Shown: one piece after another, positions 55,852 through 64,000 of the stretch
How the letters are laid out: each line of letters starts with the position of its first letter
How positions within the stretch are numbered: position 1 is the stretch's first letter
DNA from: an uncultured Methanomassiliicoccaceae archaeon
GTDB lineage: Archaea; Thermoplasmatota; Thermoplasmata; Methanomassiliicoccales; Methanomassiliicoccaceae
Length of the DNA: 64,000 bases
Assembly: GCA_964477865.1 (NCBI GenBank)
Contig: CAYZEV010000006.1
Location: 734 to 64,733 of the forward strand
Direction of reading: 5' to 3'
Made by a program: the position numbers and the translations under genes
Notes under the pieces: model-generated
The model's input: only the letters and a program-made list of their open reading frames with translations
Database searches by the model: none
What the model was told of the DNA's origin: nothing

Positions 55852-56451
55852 ATGCTGCTCATGCGCTACGACGACCTGGACGAGGAAACGAAGGTGTGGA
55901 TGCTCATCGAGCTCCGCGAAGAGGAGTCTCGGCGCCCCTACCGGAGCCCGAACCTTTCGGCCAAAGGGCGGGCCCAATTCCCAGAGATCGTGGAGCGGGC
56001 CATCGCCAGAGGCAAGGAGGAGTCGTTGGCCAAGGACCTGGAGCCAAAGGAGATGTGGTCCGAGTACGAGCCCTCGCCCCAGGGCGGCATCAGAAAGACC
56101 GACCCGATCCGGGCGGCCAAGGCGCTGGCCCACCAGGAGTTCAATACCTGTTACGTCCGTGGCCTGTGCCGCCGGCTCATGGAGGAGGAGGAAAACCTCC
56201 TGCAGGTCTACCGGGCCGGGGATGGGGAGGTCCAGGGGGACGAGTGCACCGCCTACGAGAACATGGTCCTGGAGATCCGGTTCGTATACAATGGGCATCG
56301 GGCCAAGTACTCCCCGCGGCCCAACCCCAAAGCGTTCTCCATCCCATGCAGCCCACAGTGCTGCTATTCGGTCCGGCGCATCCCGAGGGACATGAAGGCG
56401 ATGCTGGAGCTCGAGGAGAGGCAGTTCGGGGCGGCTTTCCGGCGGTCGTAG
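55852..56451 (+). CDS. Hypothetical protein
   Basis: 199 aa. It is the only one of four overlapping roughly 200-aa frames here with balanced composition (K/E/Y/N present). A TATA-like ttctttatttcc lies about 25 nt upstream. No recognisable motif. Confidence 0.4.
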   Translation: MLLMRYDDLDEETKVWMLIELREEESRRPYRSPNLSAKGRAQFPEIVERAIARGKEESLAKDLEPKEMWSEYEPSPQGGIRKTDPIRAAKALAHQEFNTCYVRGLCRRLMEEEENLLQVYRAGDGEVQGDECTAYENMVLEIRFVYNGHRAKYSPRPNPKAFSIPCSPQCCYSVRRIPRDMKAMLELEERQFGAAFRRS

Positions 56452-56590
56452 CGGCAAGGTCCTGGATAGTGCAGACACTGTTCCGTCCCGCTGTTGCCGA
56501 TAGATCTCGCGGCATATGGTGCAGGAGGAGAACGGTTAAAGGTGAGGGCCTGATGGAAAAGAATTATTAGACCCACATTAATCGACCCAT

Positions 56591-57406
56591 GTGAACAGGT
56601 ATGTCCAGCTGATCCGGATCGGCAACTGCGTTATGGGTGTGGTGGGCCTCATCCTAGGGACCTTGGTGGCCCAGGGTACCGGCATAGTCAACGATCCGGC
56701 CACGCTGCTCATCGCCGCCTCGGTGGTCTTCCTGTTCATCATGGGAGGCAACTCCCTGAACGATTACCTGGACCGGGAGGTCGACAAGCTGGCCCATCCG
56801 GAACGGCCCATACCTTCCGGTCGGATGAGGCCCGAGACCGCCCGCAACATCTCCATCGCCTCGTTCGTCCTGGCCTTCATACTGTCATTGTTCCTCGACT
56901 GGATATCGTTCCTCATCGTGGTATCGGCCATCGCCGTAATGCTGGCCTACGAGCTGAAGACCAAGAAGCTGGGGCTCACCGGCAACCTTTCCATCGCCTG
57001 GCTCACCGGGGCCCTGTTCCTGCTGGGCGGGGCGGTGGTGGGCAAGGTGGAATCGACGGTGGCCATAGGTATGATGGCTTTCCTGGCCACCCTGGGCCGG
57101 GAGATCGTCAAGGACGTGCAGGACATGGGCTCCGATTTTGATCGCCGGACCCTGCCGCAGAGGATCGGCGCTCGCAACGCCGGGATCGCGGCCAGCGCCG
57201 CCTTCCTGATCGCGGTCGCCCTTTCCTTCGAACCAGTCATCCTGGGCATCTTCGGATGGGAATATCTGGCGGCGGTTTTGTTCGCCGATGCAATATTTAT
57301 ATACTGCTCCATAGTTCATTTTCGAAATCCCAGGCAGGGGCAGCGGTGGGCCAAGTACGGTATGCTCGTGGCCCTGGTGGCGTTCTTGTTGGGAGGCTTG
57401 CTATGA
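56591..57406 (+). CDS. Digeranylgeranylglyceryl phosphate synthase (UbiA prenyltransferase family)
   Basis: 271 aa, GTG start. Motifs NDYLDREVDKLAHPERPIPSG and KDVQDMGSD; about 8 TM helices. Confidence 0.8.
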   Translation: MNRYVQLIRIGNCVMGVVGLILGTLVAQGTGIVNDPATLLIAASVVFLFIMGGNSLNDYLDREVDKLAHPERPIPSGRMRPETARNISIASFVLAFILSLFLDWISFLIVVSAIAVMLAYELKTKKLGLTGNLSIAWLTGALFLLGGAVVGKVESTVAIGMMAFLATLGREIVKDVQDMGSDFDRRTLPQRIGARNAGIAASAAFLIAVALSFEPVILGIFGWEYLAAVLFADAIFIYCSIVHFRNPRQGQRWAKYGMLVALVAFLLGGLL

Positions 57407-58137
57407 CTGTGAAAGAGATCCTTAAGGAGAAGATGAAGAACGGAACGCTCCACATGACCCTGATCGACCCGGCCAAGCAAGAGCCGGCCAGGGCCGGGGA
57501 GATCGCCAAGGTCGCCTATGACCTGGGGACCGATGCCATCATGGTGGGGGGTTCCACCGGGGTCACCCAGGAGAACCTGGACCAGACCGTGCAGGCGATC
57601 AAGGCCCAGGCCAAGGTCCCGGTCATCTACTTCCCGTCGGGGGCCAACGCCATCTCGCCTTACAGCGACGCGATATTCTTCATGAGCATGCTGAACTCCC
57701 GGAACATCAGGATGGTCATCGGCGAGCAGATCAAGGGCGCGCCGATCGTCCGCAAGCTCAACCTCGAGCCGCTGTCGATGGGGTACATCATCGTCGCCCC
57801 GGGCATGAAGGTCGGCGAGGTCGGAGAAGCGGACGTCATTCCCCGGGACCAGCCCAAGCTGGCGGCTTCATACGCCCTAGCCGCCCAGTACCTGGGCATG
57901 GAATACGTGTACCTCGAGGCCGGCAGCGGCGCGCCGCAGCCGGTACCGGAGGATATGATCAAGGCGGTTCGAGCGGCCATCACCATACCCCTGCTGGTCG
58001 GCGGGGGCATTCGGGACGCGGAGAGCGCCGCCCGGGCCAAGAACGCCGGGGCCAACATCGTGGTCACCGGCACGGTCGTGGAGAACGGCAACTACACCGG
58101 GCGCCTGGAGAGCATCATCAAGGCGCTCCGGTCCTAG
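57403..58137 (+). CDS. Geranylgeranylglyceryl phosphate synthase (PcrB/GGGPS family)
   Basis: ATG at 57403 (ATGA overlap with the upstream gene) inside track ORF 57256..58137. Motifs GGSTGV, YLEAGSGA and LVGGGIR. Confidence 0.8.
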   Translation: MTVKEILKEKMKNGTLHMTLIDPAKQEPARAGEIAKVAYDLGTDAIMVGGSTGVTQENLDQTVQAIKAQAKVPVIYFPSGANAISPYSDAIFFMSMLNSRNIRMVIGEQIKGAPIVRKLNLEPLSMGYIIVAPGMKVGEVGEADVIPRDQPKLAASYALAAQYLGMEYVYLEAGSGAPQPVPEDMIKAVRAAITIPLLVGGGIRDAESAARAKNAGANIVVTGTVVENGNYTGRLESIIKALRS

Positions 58138-58551
58138 ACCGGCCGGAGTTCGGCGGCTGTTCTTAGGGGAGTTCCGTCACAGGCTGACCACAGGGCGCCT
58201 TCCCTATGAACGCTCAGGACAGTGCCGAGGCCATTGTTATCGGCTCGTTCCATTCCTTCGCAGCCCAATTTAAATAAGTTCTCATCTATAGATATTGAGC
58301 TCGATTGTTCTAAATTCTCAAGATACTATGTCGGACGGGGGAGCGTTTGGATCTTGTTCAATCCCTGCTTGCGGAAACGTAAGCCCTCCATCCTGCTCCC
58401 TCGACCTCCCGCATTCGCAGGGGATTTCCCTCTCGCCTAAGAAAAAAAGGCGAATACCGGGGACCCCGGTCCATATGGCGGTTGAGGGCCAGCAGATGGT
58501 TATGGTGGGATCGGCCAATGGAAAGAACCTGTCCGAAAAAGGCCCGGATCC

Positions 58552-59142
58552 CTAGACCATGCTGAGCAACATCTCGTGCACCCGGGCGTCTCCGGCCAGT
58601 TCGGGATGGAAGCTCAGAGCGAGCATGTTGCCCTGCCGGGCCATCACGATCTTGTCCCCGTAGGTGGCCAGCACCTCGCAGTCGCCCCAGACCCTCCGGA
58701 TGACCGGTCCACGGATGAACACCCCGGGGAACGGCGCGCCCATCCCCTTGATATCGAGGGGCGCCTCGAAGCTCTCCCTCTGGCGGCCGAAGGCGTTGCG
58801 GTCCACCCCCATGTCCATGAGGCCCAGGAGCCTGGTGCCGGTCTTCTCCACCTCCAGGTCGCCCTCCTTGGCCAACAGGACGCATCCGGCGCAGGTGCCC
58901 AGGATGGGCATGCCCTCTCGCCCCCTCTGGACCAGCGGTTCGTGGAGCTCGAAGCGGCGCAGGAGCTTGGAGATGGTTGTGCTCTCCCCTCCCGGGATCA
59001 CCACGCAGGATACCTGGGCCAGTTCCTCCGGTCTCCTGACCGTAATTACGCTGCCGGCGATACCCAGGCCCATCATGGCGTACTGCAGCGCCTTCACGTG
59101 CTCGGGGGCGGCTCCCTGGACGGCGATGACACCAGCCTTCAT
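58552..59142 (-). CDS. pdxT: Pyridoxal 5'-phosphate synthase glutaminase subunit PdxT
   Basis: 196 aa with MKAGVIAVQG, LGTCAGCVLL (Cys nucleophile) and SFHPEL. Confidence 0.85.
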   Translation of the reverse strand: MKAGVIAVQGAAPEHVKALQYAMMGLGIAGSVITVRRPEELAQVSCVVIPGGESTTISKLLRRFELHEPLVQRGREGMPILGTCAGCVLLAKEGDLEVEKTGTRLLGLMDMGVDRNAFGRQRESFEAPLDIKGMGAPFPGVFIRGPVIRRVWGDCEVLATYGDKIVMARQGNMLALSFHPELAGDARVHEMLLSMV

Positions 59143-59167
59143 GCGGTCCCTTGAAGCGGCGTGGCGG

Positions 59168-60658
59168 TCAAGAAACTTTCGCCTCGGCCGGCGCGTCGTA
59201 CCCGCCCCGGTGGTCCTCGATGACCTTGTTCTTAGGCGCGAACGCCACGCTTCCCGCGGCGACCAGCTCGATCACCGGCGGCAGTATGAGGTCGTTCTCC
59301 AGGGCCTCCTTGATCTCGTCGAGGGAGACCAGCGCTTCGAACATCTGCTTCCGGCCGACCTCGGCATCGCCCTTATACTCCACCCGGAAGGTCAGCCGAT
59401 CGCGGTAGCCTTCCCTGTCCAGGGAGAGACGATAGCCGATCACGCCGGGAATGTTCAGCAGGACCTCGTCGAACAGTACCGGGTAGATCTTCTGACCGTA
59501 GCCGATCTTGGTCTGGGCGTCCATGCGGCCCTGTACCTTTCCCATGCGGCCGATGGTGCGGAAGTCGCAATGACAGGGCGGTTCGATGGTGAAGGAGAGA
59601 TCATGGGTGCGGTAGCGGATAAGAGGGGTGCCCTGCATGGATAGGGAGGTGAACACCAGTTCCCCTTGTTGCCGGTCCGGCAGATGCTTGCCGGTGACCG
59701 GATCGATGACCTCGGCCAGGAAGTCGGCGTCGTTGATGTGCAGCCCGTCCGACGCCTCGCACTCGATCGAGGTGGCCAACCCCATCTCGGTCATCCCGAA
59801 GTGGCTGAGCACCTTGCACCCCCAGGCGTTCTGCATCTCCCGACGCATGGCCTCCGGCAATGGCTCCGCCGAACAGATGATGGCCTTCATGCCCAACGCC
59901 CGCAGGTCATATTGGCCCTTGGCCAGCACGGTTATCCGATAAAGGAACGAGGTGAGGCCGATCATCAGGGTGGCGCCGTTCTCCCGCATCGTCCTCATCT
60001 GGTCGTCGACGTCCACCGCGCTACACACTACCGAGCGCATCCCGGCGACCTTGCACGCGCCGTCCAGCATCAGCCCGGGGTCCCAGGCGGACACCGCGGG
60101 GAACATGATCTGTAAGGTATCATCCCCGGTCATGCCCACCGACTTGAGGGCCGCGGCAATGGAATCGATGATGTTGAGCACGTCGTCCTGGGTGTAGAAC
60201 AGGCGCTTCCTGGTGCCCGAGGTCCCGGAGGTGGTGAACGCCCTCATGACCTTGCTCTGGGAAACGCATAGGAACGTGAGAGGCTCGGCCGCCAGGTCGG
60301 CCGGGTCGGTCATGGGGATCTTTTCCAGATCGTCCCAGGTCCGGATGTCCTCGGGCCGTACGCCGGCCTCCTGGAGCTTCTTTTTGTAATAATACGAGTT
60401 CTCGATGGCGTAGGCCATCAGCAGCCGGAGCTTATGGAGCTGGAACTCCCGGACGTCCTGCCGGCTGATCTCCCCCAGCTCCTCCCGACCGATCGACCCG
60501 CGGAACTCCTTGGACCCCTTGAACTCCTTCCGCATCTTATTGTGGATCCACTCCTCGAGGGGATTGGCCGTCCCCTCCACTTTCAAGGAGGTCAACCTGC
60601 GCCGGGCGATGACTATCTTCAACCTCTGAAGCAGGGGCATCGGCGCTCTGGATGACAT
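59168..60658 (-). CDS. Phenylacetate-CoA ligase / coenzyme F390 synthetase-like adenylating enzyme
   Basis: 496 aa with the AMP-binding P-loop TTSGTSGTRKR and overall PaaK/FtsA-like layout. Confidence 0.7.
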   Translation of the reverse strand: MSSRAPMPLLQRLKIVIARRRLTSLKVEGTANPLEEWIHNKMRKEFKGSKEFRGSIGREELGEISRQDVREFQLHKLRLLMAYAIENSYYYKKKLQEAGVRPEDIRTWDDLEKIPMTDPADLAAEPLTFLCVSQSKVMRAFTTSGTSGTRKRLFYTQDDVLNIIDSIAAALKSVGMTGDDTLQIMFPAVSAWDPGLMLDGACKVAGMRSVVCSAVDVDDQMRTMRENGATLMIGLTSFLYRITVLAKGQYDLRALGMKAIICSAEPLPEAMRREMQNAWGCKVLSHFGMTEMGLATSIECEASDGLHINDADFLAEVIDPVTGKHLPDRQQGELVFTSLSMQGTPLIRYRTHDLSFTIEPPCHCDFRTIGRMGKVQGRMDAQTKIGYGQKIYPVLFDEVLLNIPGVIGYRLSLDREGYRDRLTFRVEYKGDAEVGRKQMFEALVSLDEIKEALENDLILPPVIELVAAGSVAFAPKNKVIEDHRGGYDAPAEAKVS

Positions 60659-60679
60659 GCTAAAGTAATAGGTTTTGCC

Positions 60680-63600
60680 CTACGCCCGGGGGGCGAGGGT
60701 GCTGGCCACGACCTTTGACAGGACGTCGGCAGCATAGGGTTTAGGTATCGCCGCGGCGAATCCCATCGAGGCGGGGTCGACGAGCGCCGGGTCGCTGGCA
60801 TAGCCGGTGGAGATGATCAGCCGCAGGGCGGGTTGTTCGAATCGGAGCTTTTGCCCGACCTCCTTTCCTCCAATGCCTGCGCCCACATCCTGATCGAGGA
60901 TGGCCAGATCGAACGGCTGCCTGGCATCCCGGGCCTCCTTGCACATCGCCAGCGCTTCTTCGCCGTCCCGGGCCACGTCCACGGTGTAACCCAGGTAGCG
61001 GAGCAGGTCGCCGGTGGCCTCCAGGATGCTCTCGTCATCGTCCATCAGCAGTATCTTGCCCTTTCCTTTGACCATGGGGGTGGAGGGCTCGCGAACGGTT
61101 GCTTCCCCCGCCGGGCCTCCCTTGGCGGTGGCCATCAGGCGGCCGGCCAGGTCCCGGGCGGTGACCGAGGCGGTCTCGATCTGCACGAGCTTGTTGTACA
61201 TCCGCCCCTCGGGGATGACATATTCCTTGGCCAGGGACACGCTGCCCATGATGACGGTGAGGGAATTGTTTAGATCGTGGGCCAGGCTCTCCGATGGCAT
61301 GTTCAGGACCTCTTTCTTGGTGGCCTCCGCCGGCTTGATGACCTCGGCGAAGGTGAGGACCGTTCCGTCCCCGGTCGCCAGAGCGGACGGGACGACCTCC
61401 AGCTCCTTCTCTTGGCCATCGGCGGTGACCTGGATCCGGAACGGGCCGTTCAGGTCCACGGAGGGGATCGCCTCGCCGATGGGGCGGCCTTCCAGTCCCG
61501 AGGTGCCCAGAAGGCGCTCCAAGGCCGGGCTGGCCATGATAACCATGCCGTCAGCGGCCACCACTGCGAAGGGTGATTTTACCGCATCGATTATTGCCCT
61601 GAGCCGAGCCGCCTCGTTCGCGGCATTGAACCGGGACGCCTCGGTCAGGACCTCTTTGGTCTTCAGCGCGGTGATGTCATTGACCAGGCCGATGGCGCCC
61701 TTGCTCTGACCATCCTTGTCCAGTATGGGCATGGAGGAGATTATCACCCAGAGATCGGTCCCATCCTTGCAGGTGAACCTAATCTCGTTCCCGGAGTTCT
61801 CGGGGTTCCCCTCCTGCTGCTCCATCCATAGGGGGTTCATGAACCTCGATGCCGGCTGGCCCATGATCTCCTCGGGCGCATAACCGAGCATGGAGGCGAC
61901 CCGCTGGTTGACAAAGGTCGTTCGTCCTTCGATGTCCAGGACCCAAACCCCTTCCGGAGCGTTCTCGATGACGTTCTTGTAACGTTCCTCGCTCTCCCTG
62001 TCCTCTTTCTCCTTGAGGGCGAGCTCCGCCAGCATCTGATCGGTCCGATCATCGATTATGGCCATGATGTACCTCAGGTTACCCTGGGCATCCCTGACCG
62101 AGGAAATGGTGACGTTGGCCCAGACGGTCGAACCGAGCTTTCGGACATACCTCTTCATGATGGAGGCCGAGGTCACTTCCCCGCTGACCAGCCGCTGATA
62201 CAGCTGAGCGCTTCCGGCCAGGTCGTCGCGGTGGGTGATCTCCCGGAAGGTCTTCCCGACCAGGTCCCGCGCAGGGTATCCAAGCAGGTCGCATAACTTA
62301 TCATTAGCTTCGAGCACGCGACCATCGAGTCCTATGCGGGCTATTCCCGCCCCTGCCTGCTCGAAGATGGCCTGATACCGATCATTGCTCTCGGAGAGCG
62401 CATCCCCCTTGACCGACAGCTCGGTGTCCCGGCTGCCCAGGGCCTCGCGCACTGCGCAGACCTCGCTCCCCAGGATATCGGCCGATCGCCGAAGCGCCAT
62501 CACATCGGCGTTGCTCGCCGCCAACGCTTCCTTGGCGGCATTAGCTGCGGCCAACTGTTCGCTTATCTCCGCGTCCCGCCGGACCAGGGCTTCCCGCAGT
62601 CCGAAGACCACGGCGTCCTGGGCGATCAGGTCCAGTCGCAGTTGTTCAAGTCGGGCCCGCAGATCGCTGATGTCCTTCTCCTTTCCGAGCATCTCGCTCT
62701 TGAAAGCGGCCAGCTCTTCTTCCTTGAGGTTTCGGTCCAGGCTGCTCTGCTGGGCCAGGGCCGTCTGCTGGAACAGGGCATCCTCGGCCTCGGCCAGCCG
62801 ACCCTGAGAGGTCCGCAGCTCTTCGATCTTGAGATCTAGGTCAAGGCGGCTCTGTCGAGCCATTGTTATCTGCTGGGCCAGAGCGCGCTCGGCCTCGGCC
62901 AGACGTGCCTGCGAGGCCAGCAGCTCCTCTTCCTTGAGGGTCAGGTCCAGGCCCCGCTGTTCGGCCAGGGCCGTCCGCTCCGCTAGCTGGGTTTTGAAGG
63001 CACGTAGCTCCTCTTCCTTGAGGGTCAGGTCCAGGCCCCGCTGTTCGGCCAGGGCCGTCTGCTGGGCCAGAGCGCGCTCGGCCTCGGCCAGACGGGCCTG
63101 CGAGGCCAGCAGCTCCTCTTCCTTTACTTTTAGCTCGCCGGAGAAGTGACCGATGGCGGCCACCTTCTCCGCCAGGTCGGAATCACGCACCTGCACCAAT
63201 TGGACGAGCCGATCCTTCTCCTGCTCCAAAAGGTCCTTGTCCCCTCGGGCCTGCAGGACCTCCTCGCTTCGGATCGCCAGGTCCGCCTTGGTCCTTTCGG
63301 CCAGGGCGATGGTCTCGGTCAGGGCGATCTCCTTGGCGGCCAGTTCGGCCTTTGTCCGGGTCAGGTCCTCGGAGACCAGGAGGGCCTCCTCGCTTCGGAT
63401 CGCCAGGTCCGCCTTGGTCCTTTCGGCCAGGGCGATGGTCTCGGTCAGGGCGATCTCCTTGGCGGCCAGTTCGGCCTTTGTGCTTTCGAGCGACTCGGTG
63501 GCCTGGCGAACCTCCTCTTGGCGTGCCGCTAGCTCTTCCGACCGGTCTCCCAGCTCCCTCTCCCGGGAGGTCAGGGTGATCTGCAGGGCGCTCACCCCGG

Positions 63601-64000
63601 CCAACGTCTCGGCCAGAGCGATGTCCTTGGCCCGGACCTCTTCGGTCACGGTGACCATCTCCGCCTGCTTCATGTCGAGAGCGTCAGTGAGCTGCTTTAT
63701 CTGGTCCTGGGCGTGCACCAGGTCCCCGACCTTGGAAGCGTATGCCTGCGTCGCTTCCTTAAGCTCGACCTCCATCCGGGCCATCTGCTGGTGGAGGGTG
63801 ACCAGCTCTTCTTCCTTACGGGCGATGCCTTCGCCCATCCCGCTCAGGGAGCCGCGAACGGAGATAAGTTCCAGGGCCTGCACCTTATAGCTGGCGGCTA
63901 GCTCGTTCAGTGCCCCGTCCTTCTCTTGGTGCTGGCCTTTGAGCTGTTCCATATCGGCGCGCACCGTCAAGAGCTCGCTCTCCTTGTCCATGAGGTTCTG
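60680..64000 (-). CDS. Giant coiled-coil / triple-PAS / H-box / receiver signalling protein (N-terminus may lie beyond window)
   Basis: At least 1103 aa. About 560 aa of Ala/Glu/Leu-rich repeats come first, then three PAS-like blocks, then H-box ESLAHDLNNSLTVIMGS, then receiver (LLMDDDE, AILDQD, ISTGY, IPKPY). The frame stays open past the Met at 63991 to the window edge. Confidence 0.75.
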   Translation of the reverse strand, partial: QNLMDKESELLTVRADMEQLKGQHQEKDGALNELAASYKVQALELISVRGSLSGMGEGIARKEEELVTLHQQMARMEVELKEATQAYASKVGDLVHAQDQIKQLTDALDMKQAEMVTVTEEVRAKDIALAETLAGVSALQITLTSRERELGDRSEELAARQEEVRQATESLESTKAELAAKEIALTETIALAERTKADLAIRSEEALLVSEDLTRTKAELAAKEIALTETIALAERTKADLAIRSEEVLQARGDKDLLEQEKDRLVQLVQVRDSDLAEKVAAIGHFSGELKVKEEELLASQARLAEAERALAQQTALAEQRGLDLTLKEEELRAFKTQLAERTALAEQRGLDLTLKEEELLASQARLAEAERALAQQITMARQSRLDLDLKIEELRTSQGRLAEAEDALFQQTALAQQSSLDRNLKEEELAAFKSEMLGKEKDISDLRARLEQLRLDLIAQDAVVFGLREALVRRDAEISEQLAAANAAKEALAASNADVMALRRSADILGSEVCAVREALGSRDTELSVKGDALSESNDRYQAIFEQAGAGIARIGLDGRVLEANDKLCDLLGYPARDLVGKTFREITHRDDLAGSAQLYQRLVSGEVTSASIMKRYVRKLGSTVWANVTISSVRDAQGNLRYIMAIIDDRTDQMLAELALKEKEDRESEERYKNVIENAPEGVWVLDIEGRTTFVNQRVASMLGYAPEEIMGQPASRFMNPLWMEQQEGNPENSGNEIRFTCKDGTDLWVIISSMPILDKDGQSKGAIGLVNDITALKTKEVLTEASRFNAANEAARLRAIIDAVKSPFAVVAADGMVIMASPALERLLGTSGLEGRPIGEAIPSVDLNGPFRIQVTADGQEKELEVVPSALATGDGTVLTFAEVIKPAEATKKEVLNMPSESLAHDLNNSLTVIMGSVSLAKEYVIPEGRMYNKLVQIETASVTARDLAGRLMATAKGGPAGEATVREPSTPMVKGKGKILLMDDDESILEATGDLLRYLGYTVDVARDGEEALAMCKEARDARQPFDLAILDQDVGAGIGGKEVGQKLRFEQPALRLIISTGYASDPALVDPASMGFAAAIPKPYAADVLSKVVASTLAPRA
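62870..63124. repeat. Intragenic near-perfect repeats (66-nt and 54-nt units, each twice)
   Basis: 62870-62935 matches 63059-63124 (66 nt, 1 mismatch). 62922-62975 matches 63006-63059 (54 nt, identical). Confidence 0.8.
63259..63481. repeat. Intragenic perfect 97-nt direct repeat, period 126 nt
   Basis: 63259-63355 is identical to 63385-63481 (cctcctcgcttcggatcgccaggtccgcc...ggccagttcggcctttgt). Confidence 0.85.

Noticed and set aside
58385-58425. A hairpin, cctcccgcattcgcagggga, resembling the core of the hairpin upstream of tnpB (cccccgctttcgcaggggg). I considered it as a solo IS end or MITE.
   Set aside because: Only about 19 of 20 nt are similar. By rough estimate a match of that size can arise by chance in 64 kb of GC-rich DNA on both strands, and no further flanking similarity was visible.
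58295-58555. An 86-aa ORF (75 aa from ATG 58328) in the 414-nt spacer between GGGPS and pdxT.
   Set aside because: The product is Gly/Ser/Pro-rich with no motif. The region also contains minus-strand T-runs that look like pdxT terminators. The evidence is too weak to call a gene.
1-64000. Looked across the whole window for CRISPR-like regularly spaced short repeats, rRNA genes, reverse transcriptase/DGR-type template-variable repeat pairs and intact transposase TnpA.
   Set aside because: None was seen. The only regular repeats are the att copies, the intragenic coiled-coil repeats and the tandem oxidoreductase genes. This was a visual scan, so short or degenerate arrays could have been missed.

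Overview
This is a high-GC archaeal chromosome segment. It most resembles a methylotrophic methanogen of the Methanomassiliicoccales/Thermoplasmata type. That inference rests on mtaC-mtaB plus a RamA-like activase, ether-lipid genes (fni, idsA, GGGPS, DGGGPS), radA plus radB, the L44e/S27e/aIF2-alpha/Nop10 cluster and an intron-containing tRNA-Tyr. Housekeeping genes fill 1-9.1 kb and roughly 30-64 kb. From 9.1 kb to at least 24.3 kb lies an accessory region anchored on tRNA-Pro(UGG). The last 15-24 nt of that tRNA recur five more times in direct orientation. Four copies are followed by truncated or frameshifted tyrosine-integrase relics, and most are preceded by a related A-rich arm. I read this as a stack of decayed integrative elements. 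Their cargo includes transporters, duplicated oxidoreductases, a ClC channel, a GH15 enzyme and small unknown genes. Other notable items:
- a stand-alone TnpB (IS200/IS605-type) element wedged between two promoters;
- two very large PAS-type signalling proteins with a DHp-like helix but no ATPase domain;
- perfect long intragenic repeats in a coiled-coil region;
- a split COG0523-like GTPase + His-rich protein + RamA operon convergent on mtaCB.
I saw no CRISPR array, rRNA, intact integrase or TnpA. I did not find one clear-cut undescribed system; the tRNA-Pro cassette stack is the strongest candidate. All calls come from reading the supplied translations and the sequence by eye, with no database search or folding. 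Coordinates not taken from the ORF track may be off by 1-2 nt.
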